In this document: positions 10,911 to 21,356 of the stretch, piece by piece
Position numbering within the stretch: position 1 is the stretch's first letter
Layout of the letters: each line of letters begins with the position of its first letter
DNA from: Alphaproteobacteria bacterium
GTDB taxonomy: Bacteria > Pseudomonadota > Alphaproteobacteria > SHVV01
Reading direction: 5' to 3'
NCBI GenBank assembly: GCA_965261735.1
Contig: OZ253470.1
Span: forward strand, 1,553,479 to 1,617,478
Length of the DNA: 64,000 bases
Position numbers and translations under genes: made by a program
Notes under the pieces: generated by a model
Told to the model about the DNA's origin: nothing
Databases searched by the model: none
The model's input: the letters and a program-made list of their open reading frames with translations, nothing else

Positions 10911-12734
10911 ATGACCGATACACCCCTCGGCCTTCGCAATATCGCCATCATTGCCCATGTCGATCATGGCAAGACGACCCTCGTGGACCAACTCCTCAGC
11001 CAGTCGGGCACGCTCGGCCGGGGCGCCGCATCGGCGGTACGGGTCATGGACTCGAACGACCTGGAACGAGAACGCGGCATCACGATTCTTTCGAAGAATA
11101 CGGCGGTCCGATGGGGTGACATCTACATCAATATCGTCGATACGCCGGGCCACGCCGACTTCGGCGGAGAAGTCGAGCGCATCCTGTCGATGGTCGATTC
11201 GGTGCTGTTGCTGGTCGATGCGGTCGAAGGGCCAATGCCCCAAACGCGCTTTGTAACGAGCAAGGCGCTTGCCCAAGGGCTTCGCCCCATCGTCGTGATC
11301 AACAAGGTCGACCGTCCCGGCGCGCGGCCGGGATGGGCGTTGGACGAGACCTTCGATCTATTCGACCGGCTCGACGCAAGCGCCGCACAGCTTGATTTTC
11401 CCGTGGTTTATGCCTCGGCGCTGGAAGGCTGGGCGTCTCTGGAACCCGATCGCCGGGGACCCGACATGACCGCTCTCTTTCGAACGATCGCCGATCATGT
11501 GCCGCCGCCCAAGGTTGATCGAAACGGGCCGTTTCAGCTTCAGGTCAGCGCCCTCGCTTACTCGAGTTATGTCGGCGTCATTGGAATCGGACGCGTACAG
11601 CGCGGACGCATCGCGAACAACTCGGCCGTCACGGTGATCGGCGCCAGCGGTGCGACTCGAACCGAGCGCATCCTGCAAATCTTTGGATTTTACGGACTTG
11701 AGCGAATCGAGTGGGACGAAGCTTGCGCGGGGCAGATCGTCGCCTTCACCGGGCTCGACGAATTGCACATTTCCGACACCGTCTGCGCCCCCGATAGGGT
11801 CGAACCCCTTCCTGCCCTCGTGGTCGATGAACCGACCATCACGATGACGTTTCAGGTGAACGACTCGCCGTTCGCCGGCCGAGAGGGTCGTTTCGTCACC
11901 AGCCGTAATTTGGGCGAGCGGCTCGCGCAAGAGCTCATCCACAATGTCGCGCTGCGGGTCGAGCCGACCGCCGACCCAGACAAGTTCAAGGTTTCCGGCC
12001 GGGGCGAGCTGCACCTCGGCATTCTCATCGAGACCATGCGCCGCGAGGGGTACGAGCTCGCGATCTCGCGCCCCGAGGTGATTGTGAAAGAAGTCGACGG
12101 AAAAATTCTGGAACCGTGGCAGACCGTGACTCTCGACATTGAAGACGAGCACCAGGGTGCCGTCATGAGAATGCTGGGCGAGCGCCGCAGCAAGTTGCGC
12201 GACATGCGCTCGGACGGCAGGGGCCGCACGCGACTCGAATATTTGAGCCCGACACGCGGCCTGATCGGATTTCGATCCGAGTTTCTGACGACGACGTCCG
12301 GGACGGGCCTCATGTACCACGCCTTCGATCACTACGGTGCCAGGGTGGAGGCCACTCTCGGTCGCCGCACCAGTGGCGTCCTGGTCTCGATGGCGGGCGG
12401 CAAGGCCCTTGCTTTCGCGCTCTTCAATCTACAGGAGCGGGGGCGCCTTTTCATCTCCCCGGGCGCGGAAGTCTATGAGGGTATGGTGGTGGGCCAGCAT
12501 GCGCGGACCAACGATCTGGTCGTGAACCCGACGAAGGCCAAGCAGTTGACCAATATTCGCGCGGCTGGAAGCGACGAGAATATTTTGCTGACGCCGCCGA
12601 TCCAGACGACCCTCGAATACGCGCTTGAATTCATCAATGACGATGAACTGGTTGAAGTGACACCGAAGTCCATGCGAATTCGGAAGAAACTTCTGAAAGA
12701 GCAGGGGCGCAAGAGGGCACGCTGGGCGGCCTGA
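10911..12734 (+). CDS. typA: translational GTPase TypA/BipA
   Basis: ATG at 10911 ([26 protein letters not shown]...); G1-G4 motifs; full-length, about 607 aa. Confidence 0.95.
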   Translation: MTDTPLGLRNIAIIAHVDHGKTTLVDQLLSQSGTLGRGAASAVRVMDSNDLERERGITILSKNTAVRWGDIYINIVDTPGHADFGGEVERILSMVDSVLLLVDAVEGPMPQTRFVTSKALAQGLRPIVVINKVDRPGARPGWALDETFDLFDRLDASAAQLDFPVVYASALEGWASLEPDRRGPDMTALFRTIADHVPPPKVDRNGPFQLQVSALAYSSYVGVIGIGRVQRGRIANNSAVTVIGASGATRTERILQIFGFYGLERIEWDEACAGQIVAFTGLDELHISDTVCAPDRVEPLPALVVDEPTITMTFQVNDSPFAGREGRFVTSRNLGERLAQELIHNVALRVEPTADPDKFKVSGRGELHLGILIETMRREGYELAISRPEVIVKEVDGKILEPWQTVTLDIEDEHQGAVMRMLGERRSKLRDMRSDGRGRTRLEYLSPTRGLIGFRSEFLTTTSGTGLMYHAFDHYGARVEATLGRRTSGVLVSMAGGKALAFALFNLQERGRLFISPGAEVYEGMVVGQHARTNDLVVNPTKAKQLTNIRAAGSDENILLTPPIQTTLEYALEFINDDELVEVTPKSMRIRKKLLKEQGRKRARWAA

Positions 12735-12794
12735 TTGCCGTAGGAAGCTTGTCTAGCCTTGTGCGGGCGGGTGCGGCGAGCGCCGCAGCACTAC

Positions 12795-13148
12795 TTAACG
12801 CCGTGCCTTGCGCTTCGCGTATCGAATATCGCGGGCCGCTTTTTGCTGCGCTTTCAGTTCGATAGCTTGGGCCGCCTGCTCAGCTTCCGCGGCGGCGGCG
12901 GCGGCAGCTTGCGCGGCGGCCAGCCCAGCGGCTTGGCGGGATTCTTCGGCTTCCCGTGCGGCGTTCTCGACCGCCAATCGGGCGTCCTCGGCCGCGCGCG
13001 CCGCTTTGCGTTCGGCAATGCGGGCCTTCCGGGCGACGCTTGTGGCCAAGCGGGCCGCCCGCTGTTCGACGGCGATCGGATCATCGTGCGACGGGCGGGC
13101 TCGAAACTTCTCCAGCGCCGCCTGCTTGGCTTTCGTGGCCGTGTTCAA
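12795..13148 (-). CDS. hypothetical Ala/Glu/Lys/Arg-rich coiled-coil protein
   Basis: 117-aa ORF with low-complexity helical composition; no recognised domain. Confidence 0.35.
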   Translation of the reverse strand: MNTATKAKQAALEKFRARPSHDDPIAVEQRAARLATSVARKARIAERKAARAAEDARLAVENAAREAEESRQAAGLAAAQAAAAAAAEAEQAAQAIELKAQQKAARDIRYAKRKARR

Positions 13149-13261
13149 ACGCTCTTTCCAGTCACCGCCTTTGAAGGCGCCTCTGGAATCGTCGCGGGTG
13201 GTTCTAGCTATGAGTGAGTCCTTTCGCTGGCGGTCGTGCTAGCCCCAAAGAACGGAAGTTG

Positions 13262-13410
13262 CCGCCAATCTCGATCGTTGGGCGGAACACCAGCCTGACT
13301 TCTCGCGCTCGAAGATGGCCAGATCATAGCCGTACGATGCGGGCAGCGTCCCCGACCCCTCCGCATCGGCGGGGAAGCTGTGGTGCGGGACTCGCGGTCA
13401 TCTCACCCTC
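13262..13410 (-). other. partial duplicate of the 5' end, start codon included, of the Rieske oxygenase gene (original at about 9360-9503)
   Basis: About 110 nt alignable to 9390-9503 at roughly 85% identity, including the GGGACTCGCGGTCAT start region; diverges exactly at the start codon. Confidence 0.6.
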
Positions 13411-13420
13411 TGGGAAGTCT

Positions 13421-13470
13421 GGGGCGGGCGATGGGATTCGAGCCCACGACCCCAACCTTGGCAACCCGGA
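13421..13470 (-). tRNA. tRNA-Gly(GCC) 3' half (anticodon loop to CCA), a likely att-site remnant rather than a functional tRNA
   Basis: Minus-strand TTGCCAAGGTTGGGGTCGTGGGCTCGAATCCCATCGCCCGCCCCA matches the anticodon loop, T-arm and acceptor 3' strand of tRNA-Gly(GCC); no complementary 5' acceptor strand or D-arm lies upstream. Confidence 0.6.
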
Positions 13471-13842
13471 AACTACGCCGTCGCGGGAACGAGCGCTAGT
13501 TCATTGCAGTGCGCCGGAATGCGCCGGAGGACGCAGTCCCTGGCGTGGTCCAAGCAGTAAGGGGATTTGTGACGGCGTTGATTCTGGTGAAATCTCGTGA
13601 ACGGCGGTGGAGGCACGCAGCTGTAACCACCAATGTAACCACCGCCGTTTTTCGGGGGACATGCGCGTTTCGTTTTGAAGGCTGGTCGTACCCCTCAGAG
13701 GGTGAAACGGACATCGCGTGGAACTCGGCGGATGGCCGCTCGCGACCCTATGCTTGACCGGCGACGTCGCAGGTTCAAATCTTTCCCGCAACCAAAACAA
13801 GGCGTGGCGCCTGATCTCGCGCCGCGACGTTGGGCTCCGCGA

Positions 13843-14085
13843 TTAGGCAACCTCTTCCGTGACAACACTCTCCTCGACGTACGCTTTGAACTCCCCCTGA
13901 ACGCCCTCAACGGTCTTTCCAAATTTAGGGCCGAGCATGAGTTTCTCGATCAATGCGCCGACGGGCCAGTATCGGGTCTGCATGTCGATAAAGGTGGTGG
14001 CGCTGGTTCGGTTGGTGCCCAGACTTTCGAGCCGCCATCCTCCACTTGCTTCTTTGACAAAAGCCGGTAGTCCTTCGAGTGACAA
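13843..14085 (-). CDS. hypothetical protein, possibly a fragment, abutting the IS left end
   Basis: 80-aa ORF with protein-like composition; ends 40 bp from the IS1595-family terminus. Confidence 0.25.
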   Translation of the reverse strand: MSLEGLPAFVKEASGGWRLESLGTNRTSATTFIDMQTRYWPVGALIEKLMLGPKFGKTVEGVQGEFKAYVEESVVTEEVA

Positions 14086-14125
14086 TCTGAAGCTTTCGTT
14101 CTCCTTCCACTCGAGAACATTCTCC

Positions 14126-15230
14126 CTTTCCTATCCGGTTTACACCCACACCCACTAGGGCTAGAATGGGCGCAACCCGGATATAGGGGAGCGCGCCATG
14201 GATGTTCTCGACCGCGCCGATCTCCCATTCCCGCATTCGCTACCCGAGTTCCAGCGACTTTTCCCCGATGATGCGGCCTGCGCCGCCTACCTGGAGAAAG
14301 CCCGCTGGGGAGACGGCTTTGCCTGCCCGCACTGCGGCACGGCGGGAGAGCCGTTCCACTTTGAAAACCGCCCTGGCGTCCTGCGCTGCCGCAAGTGCCG
14401 CCAGAACACCGGGCTGACGGTGGGAACAGTGATGGAGCGTAGCCACACTCCGCTGAACGTCTGGTTCTGGGCCGCTTATCTGGTCGCCAGTCAGACGCCC
14501 GGCATGTCCGCCGTGCAGTTTCAGCGGCAACTTGGTCTTTCGCGCTACGAGACGGCCTTTCAAATTCTCCACAAGCTCCGCTCGGGCATGGTGCGGCCCA
14601 ACCAAGACAGGATCGGTGGACAGCCCAAGAACCATGTTGAGGTGGACGAAACCTGGGTTGGCGGGCGAACGCGTGGGGAAGGCCGTGGTGTTCACCACAA
14701 GGTTCCCGTCTCCTGTGCCATCGAGGTGCGTCATCGAAAGCCGGGCACCAAGCTCGACAACCGGAAAGACGGACGCTATGCCGGACGCGTTCGGCTCGCC
14801 GTCGTGCTCGACCGTAGCGCCGAGTCGCTCTGTGGGTTCGTCGAGAGCACCGTCGCGCCGCGATCGCTGATCGTTACTGACGATTGGAGCGGCTATGCTG
14901 GCCTCGGTAAGCGCGGCTATGAGCACTTCGCTGTTGCCGAGTGTGGTGATCCAGAGGTTGCCGAGCAATACCTGCCGATCATCCATCTGGTTTTCGCCAA
15001 CCTGAAGACGTGGCTGATCGATATCCACCACGGCGTTAGCCACCAGCACCTACAAGCCTACCTCAACGAGTTCACCTTCCGCTTCAACAGGCGGTTCTAC
15101 CCGTTCAACGCCTTCCGCTCATTGCTCGGCATCGCGGGCGACACCTCTGCTCCAACCTATGCCGAGCTTTACTCGGGAGAGTGGCGGCACCCTACATGTA
15201 GCGGTCATGGGCGTTAACCGGATAGGCAAG
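14126..15230 (+). mobile_element. IS1595-family insertion sequence, copy 1 (1105 bp)
   Basis: Imperfect 22-bp terminal IRs (CTTtCCTATCCGGTTTACACCC ... GGGCGTTAACCGGATAGGCAAG); identical termini on all copies; no clean TSD at this copy. Confidence 0.85.
14198..15217 (+). CDS. IS1595-family transposase (N-terminal zinc ribbon plus DDE domain)
   Basis: 339 aa; CPHCG...CRKCRQ zinc ribbon followed by a DDE_Tnp_IS1595-like core. Confidence 0.85.
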   Translation: MDVLDRADLPFPHSLPEFQRLFPDDAACAAYLEKARWGDGFACPHCGTAGEPFHFENRPGVLRCRKCRQNTGLTVGTVMERSHTPLNVWFWAAYLVASQTPGMSAVQFQRQLGLSRYETAFQILHKLRSGMVRPNQDRIGGQPKNHVEVDETWVGGRTRGEGRGVHHKVPVSCAIEVRHRKPGTKLDNRKDGRYAGRVRLAVVLDRSAESLCGFVESTVAPRSLIVTDDWSGYAGLGKRGYEHFAVAECGDPEVAEQYLPIIHLVFANLKTWLIDIHHGVSHQHLQAYLNEFTFRFNRRFYPFNAFRSLLGIAGDTSAPTYAELYSGEWRHPTCSGHGR

Positions 15231-15258
15231 CATCGATTTTATCGAGATTCGCGATGTC

Positions 15259-16639
15259 CTAGCAGGGTGCTGAAAAAGTCATCATTGCCGGGCCTTGAAC
15301 TCGGATTCATCGCCGAAATGAAATGAGATTTCGTGTCTTAGGGTGAAACCGTCTTCAATCTCGACCGATCCGATGCCCTGGGCTTCGTCCAGTTCGATGA
15401 TCTGCCACTTTGCGGTCAGCGGCGTGCCGGTATCGCCCGTCATGTTGGCGCCTCCGCCAGCAGTCTGGGTAGTCGGACGAGGTTGTAGGCGGCCAAGGCC
15501 AGGGTGAACGAAGCGTCGACCCGGTGGCGGCCCCGGAATTTGGTCTTGCTCAATCCCGCGCTCGTCTTGACCCAGCCGAAGACCTCCTCGATGCGCTTGC
15601 GGCAACGTTGGCTGACGCCGTAACCGGGATGGCGCGTCGTGCGCCCGTCTATCTTGGTCTTGCGCCGCTTGCCGGTCTTGGTGACGTGGTCCTGGACGGC
15701 GATATGGGGGGTCACCTTGCGGTGCCGCAGTTCCTCGACAAAATCCGCGACGTCAAAACCCTTGTCCCCGCCCACCGTGATCCGACGCCGCCCGCCTCTA
15801 CTCTCCACCGGGCGATGCCTGTCGATCAGATCAAGGGCGGCTTCGCGTTCCGCCGTGCCCGACGCAATGGTCACGCCGCCGCCGACTGCCAGACCATGGC
15901 GGTTCTCCGTCAGCGCATGGCCCATGTAACACAGCTTGCTTTCCCGGCCATTACCCTTGCGATAAAGCCGGGCGTCCGGATCAGTGGTGCTTGCATGGGT
16001 CGCGTTCGAGCGTTTCTCGCCATGAAAATCCCGCGCGGCGTTGCGCCCCGATCCCCCGTCGCCATCGTCCTCACCTTTGGGACGAAAGCTCTTCATCGAC
16101 GCCCAGGCCTCGATCAATGTTCCGTCTACCGAAAAATGATCCCGGCTCAATAGTCCCCCTACCTTGTGGTGCTGGATAACCCCCGCAAGCAGCTGCCCCG
16201 AAACCTCCGCCTCCAGAAGACGGTCCCGGTTGTGGCAGAACGCGCTGGCGTCCCACACGCCATCGTCCAGCCCAAGCCCCACAAACCAGCAAAACAGCAT
16301 GTTGAAGTTTAGCTGCTCCATCAGCTGACGCTCCGAGCGGATCGAATAAAACGCTTGCAACAGTAACGCTCGAAGAAGCTTCTCCGGCGGGATCGATGGG
16401 CGACCCATGTGGGAATAAAGCGTCTCGAACTCCGAAGATAGAGACCCCAATACGTCGTTCACGATCTCACGGATCAGACGCAGCGGATGATCATCCGGAA
16501 CACGCTCTTCCAAGTCTACGTAGCTGAATAAATTGCCACTGCTTTGATCTCGACCCCGCATGCCATCCTCCATCACTCGAAGGAATCACAGAATCATGTC
16601 ACAACTGCAAAGGCGAGGACTTTTTCAGCAGCCTGCTAG
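15259..16639 (-). mobile_element. IS5-family (InsH-like N-terminal domain) insertion sequence, 1381 bp
   Basis: 22-bp IRs CTAGCAGGGTGCTGAAAAAGTC (15259-15280) and their reverse complement GACTTTTTCAGCAGCCTGCTAG (16618-16639), one mismatch. Confidence 0.8.
15440..16576 (-). CDS. IS5-family DDE transposase
   Basis: 378 aa; InsH N-terminal domain (LRALLLQAFYSIRSERQL...) and DDE core; a small 53-aa ORF (15282-15443) lies downstream inside the IS. Confidence 0.8.
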   Translation of the reverse strand: MMEDGMRGRDQSSGNLFSYVDLEERVPDDHPLRLIREIVNDVLGSLSSEFETLYSHMGRPSIPPEKLLRALLLQAFYSIRSERQLMEQLNFNMLFCWFVGLGLDDGVWDASAFCHNRDRLLEAEVSGQLLAGVIQHHKVGGLLSRDHFSVDGTLIEAWASMKSFRPKGEDDGDGGSGRNAARDFHGEKRSNATHASTTDPDARLYRKGNGRESKLCYMGHALTENRHGLAVGGGVTIASGTAEREAALDLIDRHRPVESRGGRRRITVGGDKGFDVADFVEELRHRKVTPHIAVQDHVTKTGKRRKTKIDGRTTRHPGYGVSQRCRKRIEEVFGWVKTSAGLSKTKFRGRHRVDASFTLALAAYNLVRLPRLLAEAPT

Positions 16640-16786
16640 CCCAACCCTAAACCGGAACCGCGATGGCCTCCGCTGTGGATAGCCGGCTTGCCTACGCCAG
16701 ACTCTCGGCGGTCGCTACGGCAAGCCGCCTACCCACAGCTAACAGAGGCTCCAACAACTCCTACACCACGTCCTGGGACACGACCT
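16636..16786 (+). repeat. 151-bp repeat, copy A (copy B at 43768-43918); probable terminal segment of an IS1595-family, IS1016-like element
   Basis: Near-identical 151 bp at both loci; copy A is followed by a degenerate HTH-type transposase N-terminus. Confidence 0.6.
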
Positions 16787-16789
16787 GAC

Positions 16790-16960
16790 TGTCCCAGACA
16801 ACCAAGTTTGGAAGTTATCAGAGAACAGGATCGTTTGATCGCGCATTTTGTTGCCGGCACGACAGCACGAACGGCAGCGCGTCTATGTGGTCTGAACCGC
16901 AAGACGGAGGCTTTCTATTTCCACCGGCTTCGCGAGATCATCGCCCTTGAGCTGGTCGTT
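16790..16960 (+). pseudogene. remnant N-terminus of an IS1016-group (IS1595 family) HTH transposase
   Basis: Motif LIAHFVAGTTARTAARLCGLNRKTEAFYFHRLREII matches the characteristic N-terminal HTH of IS1016-type transposases; no DDE domain follows. Confidence 0.4.
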
Positions 16961-17387
16961 CTTGCCGTGCATGAGTTCTGGTCGGGTCGGTCTTCCGTTC
17001 GGCCGGTTTCGACTGCACGGACGCTTTCATTCGAAGCTCTTGCCCACGAGCCGGGATCGTCGGGTCGCGTCTTCGTTCCCGATGAGAATGCGCTGGCAGA
17101 TCTGCTGCTCAAGATCGAGGAGGCAAACCGCGGCTCGGCAGGATATCGAAGATGGGCCAGCGCGATCTCAAGTGCCTCATGATCACGGGCGCCATGGCTG
17201 TCGTCAACTGGGCCGTCCGGCGCGACGAGACGACGGACCCCTGGCTGGACAGGGAGGCCCGTGGTTGCGCGATCTGGAGATCATGGACAAGGCGACCCAT
17301 CCGCCGCCACGCTGCAAGGAGGGCGCTTTGGTCGAGGCGATGCAACATCGGTGGTGCTCGCCGATCCCCGATGGCATTCTCGCGCGA

Positions 17388-18046
17388 TGAGCGAGCCCAC
17401 TCCGGTGCAAAACGCGGTGCAGGCGCAAAAAGTCGCGGCCATTACCATCGCGGAATATGACCGTATGGCAGCGGCTTACCGTCGCGGCACGGCCGACCAC
17501 GACGTCAGCCAGAACATCGCGGCCCTGCTCGAAGCAATCGAAGGCGCGGCGCCCCACATCATTCTCGATCTAGGCTGCGGGCCCGGCCGGGATCTCCGCC
17601 GGTTCACCGCGCTCGGCCACGAGGCGCTCGGCCTCGACGGATCGGCCGAGCTCGCCGCCATGGCGCGCGCCAAGACGGATTGTGAGGTGCTGCACCAAGA
17701 CTTTCTCGCGCTTGACCTGCCATCCGCCCGCTTCGACGGGATCTTCGCAAATGCCTCGCTGTTCCACGTGCCGAGCAGCCAGCTGGCCCGGGTCCTTGGC
17801 GACCTCGCCGCGACCCTCAAACCCAGCGGTGTCCTGTTCTGCTCGAACCCGCGGGGCGACAACGAGGAAGGCTGGGCCGGTGGGCGCTACGGCTGCTTCC
17901 ATGATCTCGAAACGTGGCGCGCCTACGTCACCGCCGCGGGCTTTCTGGAACTACACCACTATTATCGCCCGCCGGGCCGGCCGCGGGCGCAGCAGCCGTG
18001 GCTCGCCACGGTCTGGCGCAAGAGCTCGGTGAATCATGCCCAATAG
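17388..18046 (+). CDS. class I SAM-dependent methyltransferase
   Basis: ILDLGCGPGRD motif I; about 219 aa starting at MSEPTPV. Confidence 0.7.
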
Positions 18047-18275
18047 CGGCCCGTCACGCCGATGACAACCGACGCGATTCCCACCACCCATGCTGCCGTC
18101 GGGTGTGCCGTCACGCCAAAGTGAACGCTCTGCCTGCGTTCGTGGTGCAAAACGATGAAGACCATGAGAAGCCGGAACGTGGCGGTCGGCAAGACGAAGA
18201 AATCGATCGAAGCAAGAGCCTTCGAATGGTTGTCCGATGTAGGGTCGTCGTCAGGAACGGTCGAAGAAGGGACGG

Positions 18276-19124
18276 GTGATGGACGGCAAGCTGTGCATCG
18301 TCACCGGCGCCACGGACGGAATCGGCCGAGTCACGGCACGGGTACTGGCGGAGAGGGGGGCCGAAGTCGTACTCGTCGGGCGGACCGCGGACAAGGGCGC
18401 GGAGGTCTGCGAGGCGATCCGGCGGCCTTCGCGCAACGGCCGGGTGCGCTTCGAGCAGGCCGATCTCTCTAGCCAAGCCGAGATCCGAGCACTGGTGGAG
18501 CGCCTTACCGCGGGCAGCGCGGCGATCGATGTTCTCGTCAACAACGTGGGCGCCGTTTTCACCGACCGTCGCGAGAGCGTCGACGGGATCGAGATGACTT
18601 TCGCGCTCAACCATCTAGGCTATTTTCTGCTGACCGGGCTGTTGCTAGAGCGTCTGCAGGCGAACGGCGGCGGGCGCATCGTCAATGTCGCCTCCGAGGC
18701 CCATCGCGGCGCGCGGATGGACCTGGAGGACCCGCAAGGGAGGAAGCGCTATAGCGGTTGGCGCACCTACCGGCGGAGTAAGCTCGCCAACATTCTCTTC
18801 ACCTATCGCCTCGCGGCGCTGCTAGTGGATAGGTCGGTCACGGTGAACTGCCTACACCCCGGTTTCGTCGCCAGCAGGTTCGGCCACAACAATGGCTGGC
18901 TCTTCGTCGCGGCGCTAAAAGCTGCGATGCGGTTGTCTGCGATCGACACCGAGGCCGGCGCACGCACCAGTGTCCATCTTGCGACGAGCGCCGATGTAGC
19001 GGGCGTGTCTGGCCGCTATTTCGACGAGTGCCGCGCGACTGCGAGTTCACCCGCCTCTCACGATGAGGAAGTCGGTCGGCGACTGTGGGACATGAGTGAG
19101 AGCCTAACAGGCCACCGCTACTGA
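18276..19124 (+). CDS. short-chain dehydrogenase/reductase (SDR) family oxidoreductase
   Basis: TGATDGIGR glycine motif, YxxxK (YRRSK) catalytic motif; 282 aa. Confidence 0.85.
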   Translation: MMDGKLCIVTGATDGIGRVTARVLAERGAEVVLVGRTADKGAEVCEAIRRPSRNGRVRFEQADLSSQAEIRALVERLTAGSAAIDVLVNNVGAVFTDRRESVDGIEMTFALNHLGYFLLTGLLLERLQANGGGRIVNVASEAHRGARMDLEDPQGRKRYSGWRTYRRSKLANILFTYRLAALLVDRSVTVNCLHPGFVASRFGHNNGWLFVAALKAAMRLSAIDTEAGARTSVHLATSADVAGVSGRYFDECRATASSPASHDEEVGRRLWDMSESLTGHRY

Positions 19125-19205
19125 CCGTGCGTCACTTTATTCAGGGATTTATATCGGATAGTGCCGAGCGGCCATGCCGGTCGTGGTCCGGCCATAGCTT
19201 CTTCG

Positions 19206-19544
19206 TTACGGCCGACACCGCAATGAAAACGGATCGTCGACGGGCCCTGGCAGTGGATCGAACCTCCGGTCGTTGGGAAATGGATCGTACCTGTACTGCC
19301 GCCGCGACAACGGATGACCGCCGGTGCCCCAGGTCACTTCGTCGCGCCAGGGGCCGTCCTGCTTGTAAGAGTAAAACTCGCTTGAGACTGGGTGCTTCCC
19401 GCTCCCGAGCGTGATCTTGAACCCGACACCCTCCCTGTCCGCGCCAAGCCCAACGTGGACGAACGACAGCGACAGCACCACCACCACGGCCAGGAGCGCT
19501 GGCAGCAGGCGCTTCATAACCATGAGCATCTGCTTCTGTGCCAT
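19206..19544 (-). CDS. hypothetical secreted protein (signal peptide)
   Basis: N-terminal MKRLLPALLAVVVVLSLSF signal-like segment; no domain recognised. Confidence 0.35.
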   Translation of the reverse strand: MAQKQMLMVMKRLLPALLAVVVVLSLSFVHVGLGADREGVGFKITLGSGKHPVSSEFYSYKQDGPWRDEVTWGTGGHPLSRRQYRYDPFPNDRRFDPLPGPVDDPFSLRCRP

Positions 19545-19642
19545 ATGATCTCCTCCCTATGGCACGACATGGCGACTCAGCCTGAATCCCCTCAAGGCAC
19601 TATCGTATAAAATTCCCTAACGAATGGGAGCAGGTCAACCAC

Positions 19643-20425
19643 GTGTTCTTTCCCTATCGAGACGACAACCCTCGCCATCACGGTCTACCACTGGCAACGC
19701 TCGCCATCATTGGCATCAGCACGGCGGTTTATGTGCTGGTTCAACTCCCGCTGGGACCGTATGAAGGGCAAGCCTATGCGCTGAGCTTCGGCTTCATTCC
19801 AGCCGTGTTCTTTGGAGAGGCCGAATTAGTCAGCGAACTGTCGCGGGTTCCCTCTACGGCCACGCTGTTCACCAGTATGTTCTCGCATGGTGGGCTGATG
19901 CACCTAGTAGGCAACATGTGGTTCCTCTGGCTTTACGGCGACAACGTCGAGGATGCCATGGGGCGGTTCCGCTACCTGCTCTTCTACTTGATATGCGGCT
20001 GCGTTGGAACGCTCGCCCATGCAGGGTTGAACCCGGCCAGCCAAGTTCCCCTGGTTGGTGCTTCCGGTGCTATTAGCGGCGTGATCGCTGCCTATATCCT
20101 GATCTGGCCCCGCGCCAACATCCGCGTATTTTATTGGTTTTTCATCTTCATCGGCACGATCAGTGTGCCTGCCTTCGTGGTGCTCGGCCTGTGGTTCGTC
20201 GAACAGATTATAGCTCTGCCGGCGGCGATGAAGGCTCAGGGGGGCGTCGCAATCCTTGCCCATCTGGGCGGTTTTGCCGCCGGGCTTGCCCTGACCCCGT
20301 TTCTTAAACGCCGCGGCGTCACGCTGTTTCAATCACCGCACAGCACTGCCTTCGCCTACAGTCGGGCTGGAACCATCCGGCGAAGGAGCGGGTCCGTGCC
20401 CGAGACGCGACGAAAGCGAGACTGA
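19643..20425 (+). CDS. rhomboid family intramembrane serine protease
   Basis: GASGAISGV (catalytic Ser) and AHLGGF (His) motifs in TM helices; GTG start. Confidence 0.8.
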   Translation: MFFPYRDDNPRHHGLPLATLAIIGISTAVYVLVQLPLGPYEGQAYALSFGFIPAVFFGEAELVSELSRVPSTATLFTSMFSHGGLMHLVGNMWFLWLYGDNVEDAMGRFRYLLFYLICGCVGTLAHAGLNPASQVPLVGASGAISGVIAAYILIWPRANIRVFYWFFIFIGTISVPAFVVLGLWFVEQIIALPAAMKAQGGVAILAHLGGFAAGLALTPFLKRRGVTLFQSPHSTAFAYSRAGTIRRRSGSVPETRRKRD

Positions 20426-20658
20426 GCCGGCGACATCAGTATCCCCACAATTGCTCATCTGAACGCTCGAAGCTCGTAGCCGCCGAGCAGCGGCGATATC
20501 GCATGGGGTCATGTCGCCCGAACTCCCGCAGCGTAAAGGTTGGTCCGTGGAGCACGTTGCGAGACATGATGGGCAAAGCGAAGATTCCCTTGCTTGGCCG
20601 GTGCGTTTACTTCTGCCCGCCACCTTCGGCGACTATTGGAACTGGAGCGCCCGGCGTC

Positions 20659-21340
20659 CTATCCGTCCATGGCCTGCTTGAGAGACGATGCGATGCGCTC
20701 CGATGCTTTCTGCAGGGGATCGTCGGCGAGATGGGCGTAGCGCGCGGTGGTCTGGGCCTGGGTGTGGCCGAGGATTCTCCCAACCATCGGCAAGCTCTCG
20801 CCCCCCATCACCGCCTCCGAGGCAAACGTGTGTCGGAGATCGTGGATGCGCACATCGCCGAGCCCGGCCGCCTTGCGCACCCGCCGCCACGGCTTCTGCA
20901 GATCGGTCAGATGCGCGCCTTCGGCGGTCCCGGTGATGACATAGGGATTACCCTCGACCCGCTTGGCAGTAGCCAGCACCTCGAGCGCAGGCCGGTTGAG
21001 GGGGATCGTCTTGGCGCCGGTCTTGGAATCAGGCAGGTGGATGCGGTCTCCCCGGATATGCTCCCACTTCAGGGTCTGAATCTCCATCAGACGCGCCCCG
21101 GTGTAGAGCAGCAGCCGGAACGCCGTCACCGCCGAAGGGGCAAAGGACTCCTCCTCGTCCAAGGCCCCGCCCAGACGCGCCAGCTCTTCCGCCGTCAGGA
21201 ACCGCTCGCGCTTGCGCTCCTTGTACTTGCGGATGTGGTAGCAGGGATTGGAGCGGTCCGGCCGCAGGCCCCAGGCTTCGGCCAGGTTCATCATCTTGGA
21301 CACTACGCCCAGCGTCCGGTTGCGGAGCGACTGCTACGTC
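20659..21340 (-). pseudogene. tyrosine recombinase (phage integrase family), C-terminal catalytic fragment; N-terminus missing
   Basis: R...HDLRHTFAS...Y catalytic boxes; the frame runs into a stop within 40 nt upstream; abuts IS1595 copy 2; closest relative is the fragment at 63712+. Confidence 0.8.
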
Positions 21341-21356
21341 ACTTCGAGGATCAGTC

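Noticed and set aside
13421-13497. Full-length tRNA-Gly gene
   Set aside because: Only the 3' 50 nt fit the tRNA model; the upstream 27 nt cannot form the acceptor 5' strand or D-arm, so it is a remnant
14240-15049. 269-aa minus-strand ORF (repeated in every IS copy)
   Set aside because: Antisense to the IS1595-family transposase gene; no independent support
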